Source: Octopus vulgaris
Taxonomy: Eukaryota
Assembly (NCBI GenBank): GCA_951406725.2
Contig: OX597816.1
Coordinates: forward strand, 118,792,001 to 118,856,000
Direction: 5' to 3'
DNA length: 64,000 bases
The notes under the pieces are model-generated. The model was not told the origin of the DNA. It ran no database searches and saw nothing but the letters and a program-made list of their open reading frames with translations. Positions 1-12,877 of the stretch are shown piece after piece. Position 1 is the stretch's first letter, and every line of letters starts with the position of its first letter. The position numbers and the translations under genes were made by a program.

Positions 1-174
1 CTTTCACTACATTTAAATTTTGTGGAAATACTGATAGATAATTTACTTAACTGAGATATGATACTGTCCTTGTGAAAACACTAATAGGTCGAGGTGTTGG
101 TTTAATATTGAGTTGAAATTTCCATAAGTTTAACTGTCCATGTATAAATTGTATACGCACACATACATATATAA

Positions 175-365
175 GGTTAGCATGCTGGACAAAATGCTTA
201 GCAGCAGTTCATCCATCCTTTTGTTCTAAGTTCAAATTCCACTGAGGTGACTTTGCATTTCATCCTTCCAGGGACAATGAAATAAGTACCTGCTAAACAC
301 TGCGGCTGATGTAATTGACCAGACCCATCCCTGAAATTTCCAGGTCTTGTGCCTATAGTAGAAAG
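175..365 (+). mobile_element. SINE family B (octopod-type SINE)
   Basis: Motif aaatgcttagc...gttcaaattcc.ccgaggtcgactttgcctttcatcc...taagtacc; recurs at about 4700-5200 (-), 26330-26450, 52175-52350 and 62950-63085. Confidence 0.6.
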
Positions 366-389
366 GAAGCACATGCACACAGACAGAGA

Positions 390-760
390 TGTGGTTTACT
401 TCCCAAACATATTGTGCAAGGTCCAGTCACACTGCACAGCATCTTGGGTCTTCTATTATAGCCCTGGGCTGATCAAGGCCTTGTGAGTGAATTGAGCAGA
501 CAGAAACTGAAAGAAGCCTGTCACATATACATAAGTACAAACATGTGCACACACACACACACACACACACATGTATGTATATGCATGTTTAAGTGTATGA
601 GTTCTTGTGTTTATCCTTGTCTAAACATCACACAAAGGTCATAAATGAGCATCACTGTCATACAAATGAGGTTGTTTGTTTCTAGTCTTCTGTGAAAAAC
701 ATGCCTGGCCATGGGGAATCTCACCTTGCTTGGAAACAGGCCTGGCAACAAGAAGAACAT
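390..760 (+). mobile_element. tRNA-derived SINE family A with internal microsatellite
   Basis: Motif gtggt...cttcccaa...gtcttctattatagcc...aaggccttgtgagtg...gaaactgaaagaagcc then (CA)n/(TA)n; recurs at about 8010, 10250, 19440, 22630, 33975, 44040, 61700 and on the - strand at 38590, 46050, 62080. Confidence 0.6.
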
Positions 761-762
761 TT

Positions 763-1045
763 CATCATCAATCATCATTTAACGTCCGACTTCCATGCTG
801 GCATAGGTTGGACGGTTTGATAGGAGCTGGCCAGTTAGAAGACGACCCCAGGCTACTCTGTTTTGGCATGTCTTTACAGATGGATGTCCTTCCTAACAAA
901 CCATCCTGTAGAGTGGACAGTGCTTTTTACATAGCACAAGCATAGATGAGGTCAGTTTTACCATGGTTTTTACAGCTGGATGCCCTTCCAAACGCCAACC
1001 ACTTTACAGTGTGGACCAGATGCTTTTTACGTGGCACCAGCAGGG
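763..1045 (-). mobile_element. RTE LINE 3'-UTR fragment
   Basis: (CAT)n tail on + followed by tttaacgtccgacttccatgctggcataggttggacgg; same 3' end as the RTE at 40770. Confidence 0.75.
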
Positions 1046-1705
1046 TCACAAAGTAATTTGCAAGACAAGGAACTCTAAGAGGGGAGAGGGCATTGGAGGA
1101 AGTGATCTTGTGTCAGATGATAGAAGGTTAGAATGTGACAGAGACAGAGAGGGAAAAACAGGTGTCTTGCTATGTAGTAAATCACAAATCACACCTGAGC
1201 CATGCAAGTATAGAAAAGTGGATGTTAAAATGATGATGAAAGTTGTATGTATATTATTTATAAAAAGATAAAGAAGAACATGAATAAATTTTATTTGATT
1301 AATCCTTTTCAGTACAGTTTGCTGCAAGTATCCACCAGTTACTAAAGATTTAACAATGGTCTTTTTGGGACAATGAAGGTGGAAAAAAAAAAAAAAAACT
1401 TTCACCCCCCCACCACTCTTTTCCCAATCCTTCACAATGAAACAGCAGACTGCTGGCCAAGTCAACATGATTTTTATTTAGACTGTTTTCTTCAGAGCAT
1501 CTAGAACTACGCAATTACAACTTAAAAAATTCACTTTCTAACACCTTTCACTTCACATACAAATCACAGCTGTTTCTAAGAAGTATGTTAAAAAGATTGT
1601 AACATGAAGGAAATAATGCATTCCATTTAAATTCTTTTTCAAAATTTTTTTTACTTAAATTTGTAAAAATGTAAAGAACAAATTATCAAAATATCATCTA
1701 CTCAC

Positions 1706-1822
1706 ATGAAATGGTAAATTGAGACGCTTTTTCACATCTAAACGATATGCTCGGAATTCATCTTCATCATGGATATTCACAGATTTCAGCCTAAGGATTT
1801 CATAACATCTTCTTGCTTGTCG
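1706..1822 (-). CDS. HAT1: HAT1 coding exon (117 nt): RQARRCYEILRLKSVNIHDEDEFRAYRLDVKKRLNLPFH
   Basis: Acceptor tttaaacag, donor gtgagt; lies within ORF 1694..1924; conserved ARR.YEILRL...YRLD.K.RL. Confidence 0.95.
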
Positions 1823-1998
1823 CTGTTTAAAAATGAGTGTGAAAAAATATATATGTATACAATCTGACTGATGTGAGCAGTAGATGTTAAAATAATGATG
1901 ATGATGATATATATACTGGTCCATCTCATAAATAATGCGGTTCTTTTACATTTATTTTTCAAAATTACGATAAACAATCTTTTTTAATCTAAAATATA

Positions 1999-3694
1999 CT
2001 GTAAAAGCTCGTGTTATTTGCGCACCTGTGTAATTTACGCATGGGATTTTCAAGAAAAAAATTGCCAAACAAAGGTTCTACTCCTGTAAAATTCACACCC
2101 AAACGTTTTCAGAATTGCCAATATGGCCAGGTGGAGGTTTTCAGTTTAGTTGTATTTAGCATAATTTCACTTGCTAGATTTTATTAAATTTTCATTAAAT
2201 AATAATTTCTGTTTAACAAATATCACAGCTATTAAATTACGAAGTGTTTGTGTTTATAATAAAATGCCCACAAGAGATTATGTCCGATCTTTAGCATACT
2301 TGTATGTCTTCTCAAATTAAGATCACAGGAAAAGTTGTTGATAATTCTTATCAACAAAAACAAAGCTGATAAACACGCACAAGTGTTGCAGAATAAGTTT
2401 AATTACCAATAAACATCAGCTTGGTTGACACTTTACTCAACCAAGAGAGGAAGGTGACCAATCAAACTGATTATATAAACAGAATTCTGTTAGGCTGAAA
2501 GTGTCTTCTTGTCTCAAGCTCTGATATTCTGCCTATTCTTGTTGAAACCTTTGATACAGAGTCAAGCAAACTTAAAAATTTGTCATTACCATTTTAGCCA
2601 GGAGACCAAACTGATAGTTTGGTAACCTGCAAAAATAAACATTAAGAATCATCATCATCATCATCATCATCGTTTAACGTCCGCTTTCCATGCTAGCATG
2701 GGTTGGACAGTTCAACTGGGGTCTGGCAAGCCCGAAGGCTGCACCAGGCCAGTCAGATATGGCAGTGTTTCTACAGCTGGATGCCCTTCCTAACGCCAAC
2801 CACTCCGAGAGTGTAGTGGGTGATTTTATGCGCCACCGACACAGGTGCCACGAGGCTGGCAGACGCTCGGATGGTGTTTTTTATGTGCCACCGACACAGG
2901 TGCCAGACGAGGCTGGCTGACGGCCATGCTCGGATGGAGTTTTCTTATGTGTCACCGACACAGGTGCCAGACGAGGCTGGCGGACGGCCACGCTCGGATG
3001 GTGTTTGTTACGTGCCCTCAGCACGGAGGCCAGTCGTTGCGGTACTGGCTACGGTCACGTTCGGATGGTTTTCGAAAGGAGAAAATAAACAGCTTTGCAA
3101 GTTTAACTCTGTGTTTATTGAACAAGAGAGGTGCAAAATTTAAGAAGCGGCTTGTTAGAATATGCACGTCTGTGAGGAGACAGAAACAAGAATAGCAAAA
3201 ACCTACTATACCAAAAGAACTGGTAATACTTACATTACAAGTGTTCTATGAAGAGCACACAAAATTGCTGCATAATACACTATGAATGTGAAACGACATT
3301 AAACATTGTATAAGGTAAATGTAAGGAATGCTTAGTGAGTTTTCATGCGCAAGGATGAATTACAATGTTGTCGGCGCTAGATGCAGTAAAATATAGCCTG
3401 GACTGTGATTACCAGCATGAACATCAAACTTCAAAAAGTAGTTAACCATTTAAATTTATATAGAAAAAATAAGCATTATACAGTCCAGCATAAATAAAAG
3501 TCAACTTCATTATATTTTTTCTGTAAAAATCTATTCTGACATTAAATGAGTCAACTTCCAGTACAAATGTTTACATTTGTACATCATTTTTCAACAAAAA
3601 AAATTTTCGAAACTATCTACTCATGTAATTTACACACCCACTAAAGTTTATTTTTTTTGTTAAAAAAGTGCGTAAATTACATGGGATTTTACGG
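1999..3694. mobile_element. Pogo/Tc2-type non-autonomous DNA transposon inserted in the mariner
   Basis: TIRs ctgtaaaagctcgtgttatttgcgcac / gtgcgtaaattacatgggattttacgg with subterminal repeats; TA duplication at 1997-1998 and 3695-3696. Confidence 0.8.
2649..3070 (-). mobile_element. Young RTE LINE 3'-UTR fragment
   Basis: (CAT)n tail, CCATGCTAGCATGG palindrome, about 4 copies of a ~55-60 nt internal repeat, CpGs retained. Confidence 0.85.
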
Positions 3695-5261
3695 TACTCT
3701 CCTTCATTTTCTACCATGCTCTTCCATCTATCTGGTAGACTTGCAAGGCCCCTCTTCCAAAATTCACTTGTCCATGACGAAAAATACTCCTCCAGTACAG
3801 TTCTGACCTCATCTGTAGAATTCATAATTTTTCTGTCCACATCATTTTGAAAACTGTGGAATAAATGATAATCAGATGGGGCAATGTCTGGCAAATATGG
3901 TGGGTGGGGCATCATTTCCCATTCAAACTGCTCCAGCCTTTGGAATGCCATTCTTGCTGTGTAGCTGTACATTATTCTGATGGAAGAACATCTTTCGTCT
4001 TGAAACCAAAGGTGGTCATTTTTCTTCTAGCGCTAACTAGACTGACTGGTTGAATGACTAAATCCAAACTTCTCTGCTAGTTTGTCAAGTTATGATGGGA
4101 TTTGCAGGATGCCCTTGTCGAGATCTACAGATCTTCAAGGACGAAGTTTGACTTCTAGGCTGTAGTTTCCAGCTCGGAATTTCTGGAACCACCGTTGATA
4201 CTGGCTTGTGCTTATTGTCTGATCCCCATATACTGCATTAGTATTCCTCCCACTTTCTGTTGCGTTGTTACCTTTATTGAACTCATAATGCTGAATATGT
4301 TCCTTTGTCACTTCCATTACAGCTTTGAAAAAATAACTGTCAAAATCAAACAGTACTCTTCAAAACTTGCACGAAGAAAAAGAAGAAAAAGTTAAAATTA
4401 CTAGCTGCTTTTATAGCAAGTTTATCCCGTCCCTTTCCAACTTTTAGTTCATACAATTGAAAAAACTGCATGACTCAATATATGTGTATTAAACGCACAA
4501 ATTTTTAGGTTGGTATAAGATAGTAAACTGTTGTTTTTGGTTGAAAAGGACGTGAATTAGATAGAACTGACACCAGTAACTTGATATTCACTAAATTTTC
4601 CTCCAAAAGAATGATAAGCTAAGCTGACTGGATTTGAATCTGGGCTGCAATGACTGTCTAGAACTTTACAAATTCTACCCATTCACTGGCATAATAATAA
4701 GTCTTTCTACTATAAGCACAAGGCCTGAAATATTTAGGGAAGGGTCCTGGTGATTACACTGACCCCAGTGTTGCACTGGCACTTATTGTCGGAGCCAGGA
4801 CAAGAGGCAAAGTTGACTTTGGAATTTGAACTCAGAATGTAAAAATGGACAAGATGTCATTAAGCATTTGCCCAGTGCACTAATGATGCTGCCAGCTTGC
4901 TGCCTTAATAATAACAATGGTTTCTAATTTAGGCACCAGGCCAGAATGTTGAGGGAAAGTGGTTAGTTAATAACATCAATCCTACTATTTAAATGGTGTT
5001 TTATTTTACTGACCCTGGTGGGATGAAAAGTAAAATTAATCTTGGTGGAATTTGAACTCAGAATGTAGCAAGATGGCAATTTTGATGAGTGGGGAATATA
5101 TCATACCATCAACTCCAGTACTTGACTGGTACTTATTAACCTGAGGAAGACAAAAGGTGAAGCTGACCTAGGTAGGATTTGAACTTAAAATGTGAAGAAC
5201 CAGAAAAAAAAAAAAGAAAAAAAAACACGGCAAAATAGCACTTTTCCTGCTAATTTAATGA

Positions 5262-5660
5262 CTATCAGCTCATTGGAGGAGCTGATTGTTTACAACTGAT
5301 TCCATTGATTTTGATAGGTTGACAAGCTGATAGTTGGCAGGGTTAGAGAAACCATCTTTCTTGGGAATGGGGCACACTGTCACATATTTCTATAGATTGG
5401 GGTAGATCACAGTAGAAAGAAATACTGAAAGAGTTTGCTGAAGGAAGGAGATAGAGTTAGTATGTAATGCTAAGGTTTCATTATGACGGGTTGCAATAAC
5501 TGGAGATATTTTTGCAATATGGTGACTGAAGGCAAAATAGATAGGGATGAAAAGGGGAAGTATAAGAGGAGCTTTTGTAGCATGGATGTAGAAGCAAAAA
5601 TCAGGAGCAAATGGTATAGAGTTATCTGCAGAAGTGCTATTAAAGAAGCTATCTTGGTTT
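5262..5660 (-). mobile_element. CR1/Jockey-like LINE reverse transcriptase remnant
   Basis: Minus-strand translation CPIPKKDGFSNPANYQLVNLSKSMESVVNNQLLQ resembles the PIPKKG..SNP.NYRPI..SK.ME..VN motif. Confidence 0.6.
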
Positions 5661-5664
5661 ACTC

Positions 5665-5884
5665 TAGCCTTCAGATTACTCTGTAAAATGTAATGCTTAT
5701 TTATTCACATTCATTTTGAATTGATTAAGCAGTATCTCACAGCTTCGAGATTTTGATGATGTGATTGTTTATTTCAAAAATCACATTGTCAGGAAGGTGA
5801 GAGAGACTGGATCTGGCCAGTCTGAACATAAAATAGATAGAATAATTGGGCTGGATGTGGTTGGTTTTAATGCTAAAGGATTAA
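5665..5884 (+). mobile_element. ~220 bp piggyBac-like (TTAA) MITE
   Basis: Ends aatgctaaagga|ttaa; related copies at about 6340-6577 (-), 21890-21990 (partial), 24295-24480 (-) and 49326-49553 (+). Confidence 0.6.
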
Positions 5885-7034
5885 ATACCTGTCGTAGAAC
5901 CATTACTGATTCAGGAATGACCAATAAGATCATACACATGGAATTTCCAAGAGCTCAATTGGAGTAGCAGTAGGGGACCCAACTTAAAAGAGAGGTTTCG
6001 TATCAACTGTCTAAAATAAGAATTTCTCATAAAACTGGATGTTAATCTGGACCTAAATATGACTAAGTGTTAATGGGTGTATATGTACATAATAACAGGA
6101 GGATCAAAAATGAACATAAGATGAAATCAAATACATATTGACACAGCAACATAGATACCAACAATGTAATCTGCACATATTAATGTACCAACACATATAC
6201 ATTACCAGAGGAAAAAGATAGGCTGGTGACAACTGGAATGTTTTTGATTAATACTGATCACGAGATATACAACAATGAGAACAATAAAGCAACAAATGCA
6301 CAACCACTTGAATTTGAGACTGTTGTGATGATAGTTGTTTAGCTCTTTAGCGCTTAAATCGGCCATACCCGGCCCAAATATTCTACTCATTTTATGCTGA
6401 AACTGGCCAGATCTGGCATCTCACACCTACCCTAGAATGTCATTCTATATATATATATATACATAAAAATCACATCATCAAAATCTTGAAGCTATGAAAT
6501 AATGCAGAATAAATTCAACACAATGTGAATAAATAAGCACTACATTTGACAGAATAATCTGAACACTAAAGAGTCAACTGTAGATGAGCTCTGTATAATC
6601 AAAGGCAATCTAATCATGTCAAAACTGTCCTTTTTAGCCCATGTGCAAGGAACCCATAACCACATTACTCAATGTGTCTTTTTTACTAAAATGGAGTGAT
6701 TTGAAGAAGATTTTGCTGCTCTTTCTATTGGGTCAAGTGACATACAGAGGCTCTCTCCTTGGCATGTGTGATAGCTAAAGCAAGCAATGAGTTATGTTAG
6801 TTTATTATGAAGATAGGAAACCTAATAATTGGGACAGAGACCTTCAGTTCTCTGATGAAAAGTTGAGCACAGAACATATCAACAGAAAAAGACAGCACAT
6901 ATATCAACACACAGCAACATATACATGTACTGACACACTCACATGAATGAATATAATCGACATAAACACCATTTGTACCAAACTGAAAGCTTATGTCATC
7001 AACACAACAGTAAAGCTATTAAATTGGTACTTAC

Positions 7035-7186
7035 CTTACTCAGTTTCAGCTTTGTGCGAGCTTCTGTTGACATCTTCTCACAGAATCCACTAGACAGGTT
7101 CTCACGTTTGTAAGATGATAGTTTCATACAGTTTCGAACATCAACAAAGTCTCGTAATCGTTGAAAGTTCTCAGAAGGATCTTCAA
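7035..7186 (-). CDS. HAT1: HAT1 coding exon (152 nt): (V)EDPSENFQRLRDFVDVRNCMKLSSYKRENLSSGFCEKMSTEARTKLKLSK
   Basis: Acceptor aacccag, donor gtaagt; conserved EDPS...LRDFV motif. Confidence 0.95.
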
Positions 7187-10100
7187 CTGGGTTAATATAA
7201 TAATAAGGTTAACATATTAACACTAGCAATAAAAATCGATATATAAATTACAAATTTATGGATAAAATTTTTAGATTTTAAACATATAATGTATCAACAT
7301 TTCACATGGAAAGAGAGAGAGAGAGAGTTATGGGCCTACAATTTACATATAAGCAACCAGAAGCACTGGAGATTTCTTATTCTTAACCAACCAAGATCAC
7401 CCCTGATCAATTAGATCTATGATCACAGGCATTTCAACCATGACCATCACATCATTCTTTTAAATTGGTCCTCTTGTTCCTCTTTTAAAATGCGAGGTGG
7501 ATAATACGGAGAAATTGTGACTGCTATTTGAAGCGGATTGAGCAGCCACATAAAACTTCCTTATGCATACACAACTCTACTGAGAGCTGAGTGTAAACTT
7601 CAATTAGCAGATAAGATGGAAAGTAGATTAAAGTGAAATGGACACATTAAATTTATGCTTTTGAAAGCAAAGCATTTCATTTCTTATGCCATTAGATATG
7701 AACTTAATTCTATTGTCCCATGTGGTTTCTAAACACTTTAACTTACCAGTTGATACAGATTATAATATAATAGATGTGACATTCTTGATGTTACCAACAC
7801 ATTTGAAATTCTTCATGACAACTTTGTACTCTTCTAGACTCCCAATAATCCATTTGCTCAAAGACTAGACTAACAACATCTTTGACAAGTTGTTATTCTA
7901 CAGCTTTGATTATATAGCTGACCTGATGATAATGACATATGCTGTAAACTAAAAACTTAGCTGAAGTCACAATGTACTTTCAATCATTAATCAAAAGGCA
8001 TGAATGATGGTGTAGTTACAGCCACATGGATTCACAATCCAATGATACTGGTTTCAAATCCAATGCATGACAAGTGGTCTTCTACTTATAGGATTGGATC
8101 AACTCAAGAGTTGTAGCTGAAATTTGGTAAATGGTAAAATGTACAGAAATCTTGTGGATGTGCATATATTACCATCATCATCTTCATCACCCTCATTTTA
8201 TGTCCACTTTCCATAATGGCATGGGTTAGACAAGTTGCCATACTTGGAATCAGAACATATTTGGAAGTACAGCCTCTATAAACAAGTTGAAAGACTGTAT
8301 CTCACTCATGGTGTCTATGGCTCACTTTACAGAGAGTATTATATGCATGTATGAACACACATATCAACAGAAGCTAGCAGAATCAGTATGTAAAAACTCC
8401 CATAAAACCCAATGTGGTAGTAGTTCTGTCCTGATTATATGTATTTAACCCCTGTAGACTTTGCTCTTCATCTGTATGAGCTTACTAAAATAAGTACCTA
8501 AGTACCAGGATTGACATATATCATTATTATTGTTTAACATCCACCTTCCATGCTGGCATGAGTTGGACAGTTTGACAGGAGCTGACCAGACAGGAGCTTG
8601 CACCAGACTTCTGTGTCCATTTTGGCAGTGCCTTTAAAGCTGGATGCCTTTCCTAACACCAACCACCCAGCAGAGTGGACAAAATAATCAATTAAAAACC
8701 GCTTTAAGGCAGTGTCCCACTATGGCCACAATCCAATGATTAAAATCAGTAAAAGAAGAGAATTACAAATTCCTATTTCTTCTACTTGCCAAAATACAGT
8801 CTCTGCATTTAGTAAAAAACCAAACTAATACCTTGTAATAAAAAGCTTCAAAATTCGTGGAAACAATAAAGCACTGGACTTAATGTCATGCAGTTGTTAG
8901 CTCCAGGCTAACTCAGACTGAGCAGATGATGATCAAAACCATTCCAGCTGTGACCAGCCATCCTGTCTTTCTAGAAATATCTTGAATTATCTTGCTCAGT
9001 GTTTAAATTTCCCATTTTACAACAGAAAGATATCATCATGATTTGAGGAATATTTGGCTGCTGTTATTAGTAAGTAGCAGACTGAATTTCATACATATGG
9101 GAAGGCATTTCCTACAAGCACGAGCAACTCAGTAGAAATACACTTGTTTTGCTCGACAAGGGTTTGTATCTCTAATGTCTTCTCTACGTACTTGATTCTT
9201 TGTGTGTGTGTGCGCACGCGCATGAGGGAGAGAGAAGAGTAGCCACGCCTTTGACTTTCGCATGTCTCATTTCCTCCAAGACTAGGGAGACTGGTGTGGT
9301 TGACACTCAGCCTGAACACCTGAGGGTAAAATGTGGACAAGGAAGGGGAGCTAAAGGACCACTAACTAATAATTGAAACATAGTTACTGAACTAAAAAGG
9401 CATCCAGGGACCAGATGGTGGCAGTGGTAGCATTAAAATGGATAGCATGATAGGCCTATCTACCAACCACATGGCATACAAGAAAACAAAAAAATCATGA
9501 TAGGATGGAGCAAATTAGCTTCATGCTTGCAGTAAAGAAATAGGATTGTTCCAATGTCATTGGTGAAAAATATTAGCAAATGGACTTTTTAACAAAGCTG
9601 AGACTAAGATCTCATCATTGAATGTGTCAAACCAACACATACAGTTTAGTGTTCCAGTGTCCTAACAACACTGCTCCACCCCTGACCAACACACACAAAG
9701 TAACAGGCTGGTCAGTGGCCTGCTGGCTTGTTTCCTTTTAAATATATTTTTAAACACACATCAAGAAATTAATAGTTGCATATCGAAGGTGTTGTCGGTT
9801 TAATGTGGGATAGTATTTCAGGTAGCCAACCTCTGTGTCATCAGTCACATCAAGCAGAAGCTGATCAACAATGACAAAACATTCCCACAATAAGAATACT
9901 AATCCAATACACTACTAAATAGGCTGCTTTATGTGACAGGTGTCACAGCAGACTGGGGTTACTGAACAACAGAACAAAGCTTAGAGAAGAAAACAGAATA
10001 AAGAAGTTGGACATGTATCAAATGTTAAAGATAATGACTGGGGGGATCAGGTATGCTATCTGCAGAGGAAACAAATAGTTAAGTCTGTGGTAGCATAGTT

Positions 10101-10624
10101 AATGTATCTCTTGTTTCAATCAACGGACTGTGGCCATGCTGAGGCATTGGCTTCAAGGGTTTAGTAAAATAAAATTGACCCCAATACTTGTGGTGGGTGT
10201 GGGAGGGGTGAGAGGAAAGCAGACAACTGGCTTTCATCAAGTGCTGTCTTCACTCCCAGTATGCAGCACTTTGGGCAAGTGTCTTCTACTACAGCCTTGG
10301 GCTGAAGAAAGCCTTGCGAGTCAATTTGATAGATGGAAACTGAAAGAAGCCTAACATTATATATAAATAAATATAAGGCAAGTCAATAACAAATGACAAA
10401 TTCAAACACAAAAACAACAACAACAATCCAAGGTATGTTCACAATGAATATTATTAATTTGATGCTAGCAGAAAAATGCATTAAAGGGAAGTTAAATATA
10501 CGTTGTTTTGGACATAAATCCTTGTTGGATATGCAGAAAGTTCAGAGAAAAGGAGAGAAGAACAAAGAATTAAGGATAAAGTATGCGTAATTACACACAC
10601 ATACACATTAATAAGCAAAACACA

Positions 10625-10766
10625 TACTCAAGGTATGTGTTTTGCTTATTTACCAGATTGGTGTGGCATAGCACTTTGGGGATGACTCCCTCATAACATT
10701 GTAGATCATCCCCCAAGTGCTATTCAACAGTAAACTGGCAAAGAAACAAAACACATACATTGAGTA
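10625..10766. mobile_element. Foldback MITE, TA-flanked
   Basis: Outer arms tactcaaggtatgtgttttg / caaaacacatacattgagta; inner arms atagcactttggggatga / tcatcccccaagtgctat. Confidence 0.7.
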
Positions 10767-11339
10767 TATTCAATTGATAATGTTTACAACACTAGTGCTG
10801 CTTTTAATTCATTATTGAATTTAATCTCACATATGCATTGTCATGGCACACCGAGAAAAAATTCTTACACTCATCATCGGTTAATGTCTGCTTTCCATAC
10901 TAGCATGGGTTGGATGGTTTAACATGGAGCTGTCCAAACTCCAACAGTTTGTTGTGGCATGGTTTCTACAGCTGCATACCCTTCTTCATGCCAACCACTG
11001 AGCAGGGTGTGGTGTGTGCCGTTTTATGTGCCACTGAGTCATAGACTTATGATTTGATTCAATCCCAGTTTGATTCAGGTATGCAGTGTTGATAAGCCAG
11101 AAAAATGGTGAAATATTAGGAGCCATCACTCCTGAATTTGATCAAACGTGAGTTGTCTACCTTATCTATGACTTTCAGGTCTTTTGACACCCAGTGTTAT
11201 GAGTGAGTCATCCTCCAAGCATTATGTCACGGTGAACTGGTGAACAAATAAAACATACGTTGACTGCGCACAGCTGATAACATTTACAACAGCAGCAGAG
11301 CTTTTAATTTGTTAATCATCATTGTCATTTAATTTGTTA

Positions 11340-12715
11340 ATCATCATTGTCATTTAGTGCCTGCTTTCCATTCTAGTATGGGTTGGACAGTGTAACTGAG
11401 GACTAGCAAGCCAGGAGGCTGCACCAGGCTCCAGTCTGATCTGGCAAGGTTTCAACAGTTGGATGCCCTTCCTAATGCCAGCCATTCTTGAGAGTGTAGT
11501 GGGTGCTTTGTACGTGCCACTGGCATGGGGTCCAGCCAGGCGGTATTGGCATTGGCCATGACTACAATTTCACTTGACTCAACAGGTCTTCTCAAGCACA
11601 GCATATTGCCTGACGACTGAAGGGTACTTTTAAACAGTCTGGTTATGCAACACTGGCATCAGCCACGGTTACGATCTCACTTGGATGGCTGGGTCTTCTC
11701 AAGCACAGCGTATCTCCAAAGGTCTCAGTCACTTGTCATTGCCTCTGTGAGGCCCAACGTTCAAAGGTCATGCTTCACCACCTTATCCCAGGTCTTCCTT
11801 CCACTGTTAGGATGTAACACTTCTTCACACTGCTGTCCTCATCCATTGCAACACATGACCATACCAGTGCAGTTGTCTCTCTTGCACACCACATCTGATG
11901 CTTCTTATGTCCAACCTTTCTCTCAATGTGCTTGCACTCCGTTGTGTATGCACACTGACATTACACATCCAGCAGAGCATACTGGCTTCGTTTCTTTCAA
12001 ACCTACGCGTGTCCTCAGCAGACACGGCCCATGTTTCACTGCCATGTAGCATGGCTGTTCACACACATGTGTCATACGGTCTCCCTTTCACTCTGAGCAA
12101 GAGACCCTTTGTTACCAGCAGAGGTAGGAGCTCTCTGAACTTTGCCCAGGCTATTCATATTCTAGCAGCTATGCTCTCAGAAAATCCAACCCCACTACTG
12201 ACTTGGTCACCTAGGTAACGGAAGCTATCAACTACTTCTAGTTTTTCCCTCTGGCACGTGATGCAATCTGTTTTCTGTACATCTTCGGTGTTTATTGCCC
12301 CCGTGCATCTGCCACACACAAAACCATCTTCCCAGTTAACCTTTCTTTGATATTGCTGTACTTCTTATGTGTCCATAGCTTACACCAGGTACATCTTATG
12401 GAATTTCTATCTACGACTTTACTACAGATCGAGCAGGGCCATCTACCTGAAGGAATTTGTGATTTATCTGCCTTCCTACTTATTAAGACTGGTTTTTGCT
12501 AGACTGACTCTAAGGCCATACAATTCTAGACCTTGCTTCCACACCTGAAACTTCTCAACTTCTGGTAGTGACTCAGTTATTAGAGCCAAGTCATCAGCAT
12601 AGAGGAGCTACCAGGGGCAACCTGTCTTGAATTCCCCTATTATTGCCTGGAGGACTACGATGAATAAGAGGGGGCTGAGGACTGGTCCTCGGTGAACCCC
12701 TACTTCTACCTGGAA
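11340..12715 (-). mobile_element. 5'-truncated RTE LINE (RT C-terminus, Cys-rich insert, 3' UTR)
   Basis: LYADD near 12590, YLGD, ORF 11825..12052 (MLHGSETWAV...LHWYGHVL), RTE 3' UTR with (GAT)-like tail; frameshifted. Confidence 0.88.
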
Positions 12716-12877
12716 TACATATGTATATATAACTAGCCTAAGTACCTCAGAAGTTTAAAGGATGTTAAAGGAAATAAATATATTTATTCTGATAAAAAAT
12801 ATATTTTCAGAAAAACTTTATCAGATGACATGAGTATAAACAAAGTTATTAAAACAAATCTTGAAATGAATCACAGT

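Larger units (their letters stand above)
1916..4478 (-). mobile_element. Mariner transposon, degenerate, interrupted by nested elements
   Basis: N-terminal HTH ORF 4135..4317 (YEFNKG.NA.E...YG...QRWFQKFRAG) and DDD C-terminal ORF 3613..3972 (PHPPYLPDIAPSDYHLF). The true end GEYILD* resumes at 1998-1984. TA-flanked TIRs at 1916 (ctggtccatctcataaataatgcgg) and 4478 (internally deleted). Confidence 0.88.

Noticed and set aside
2690-3195. Recurrent ORFs starting MLAWVG... (also 34880..35104, 38316..38543, 55265..55495)
   Set aside because: Antisense readings of the RTE 3' UTR; frames and lengths differ between copies, so not a gene family.
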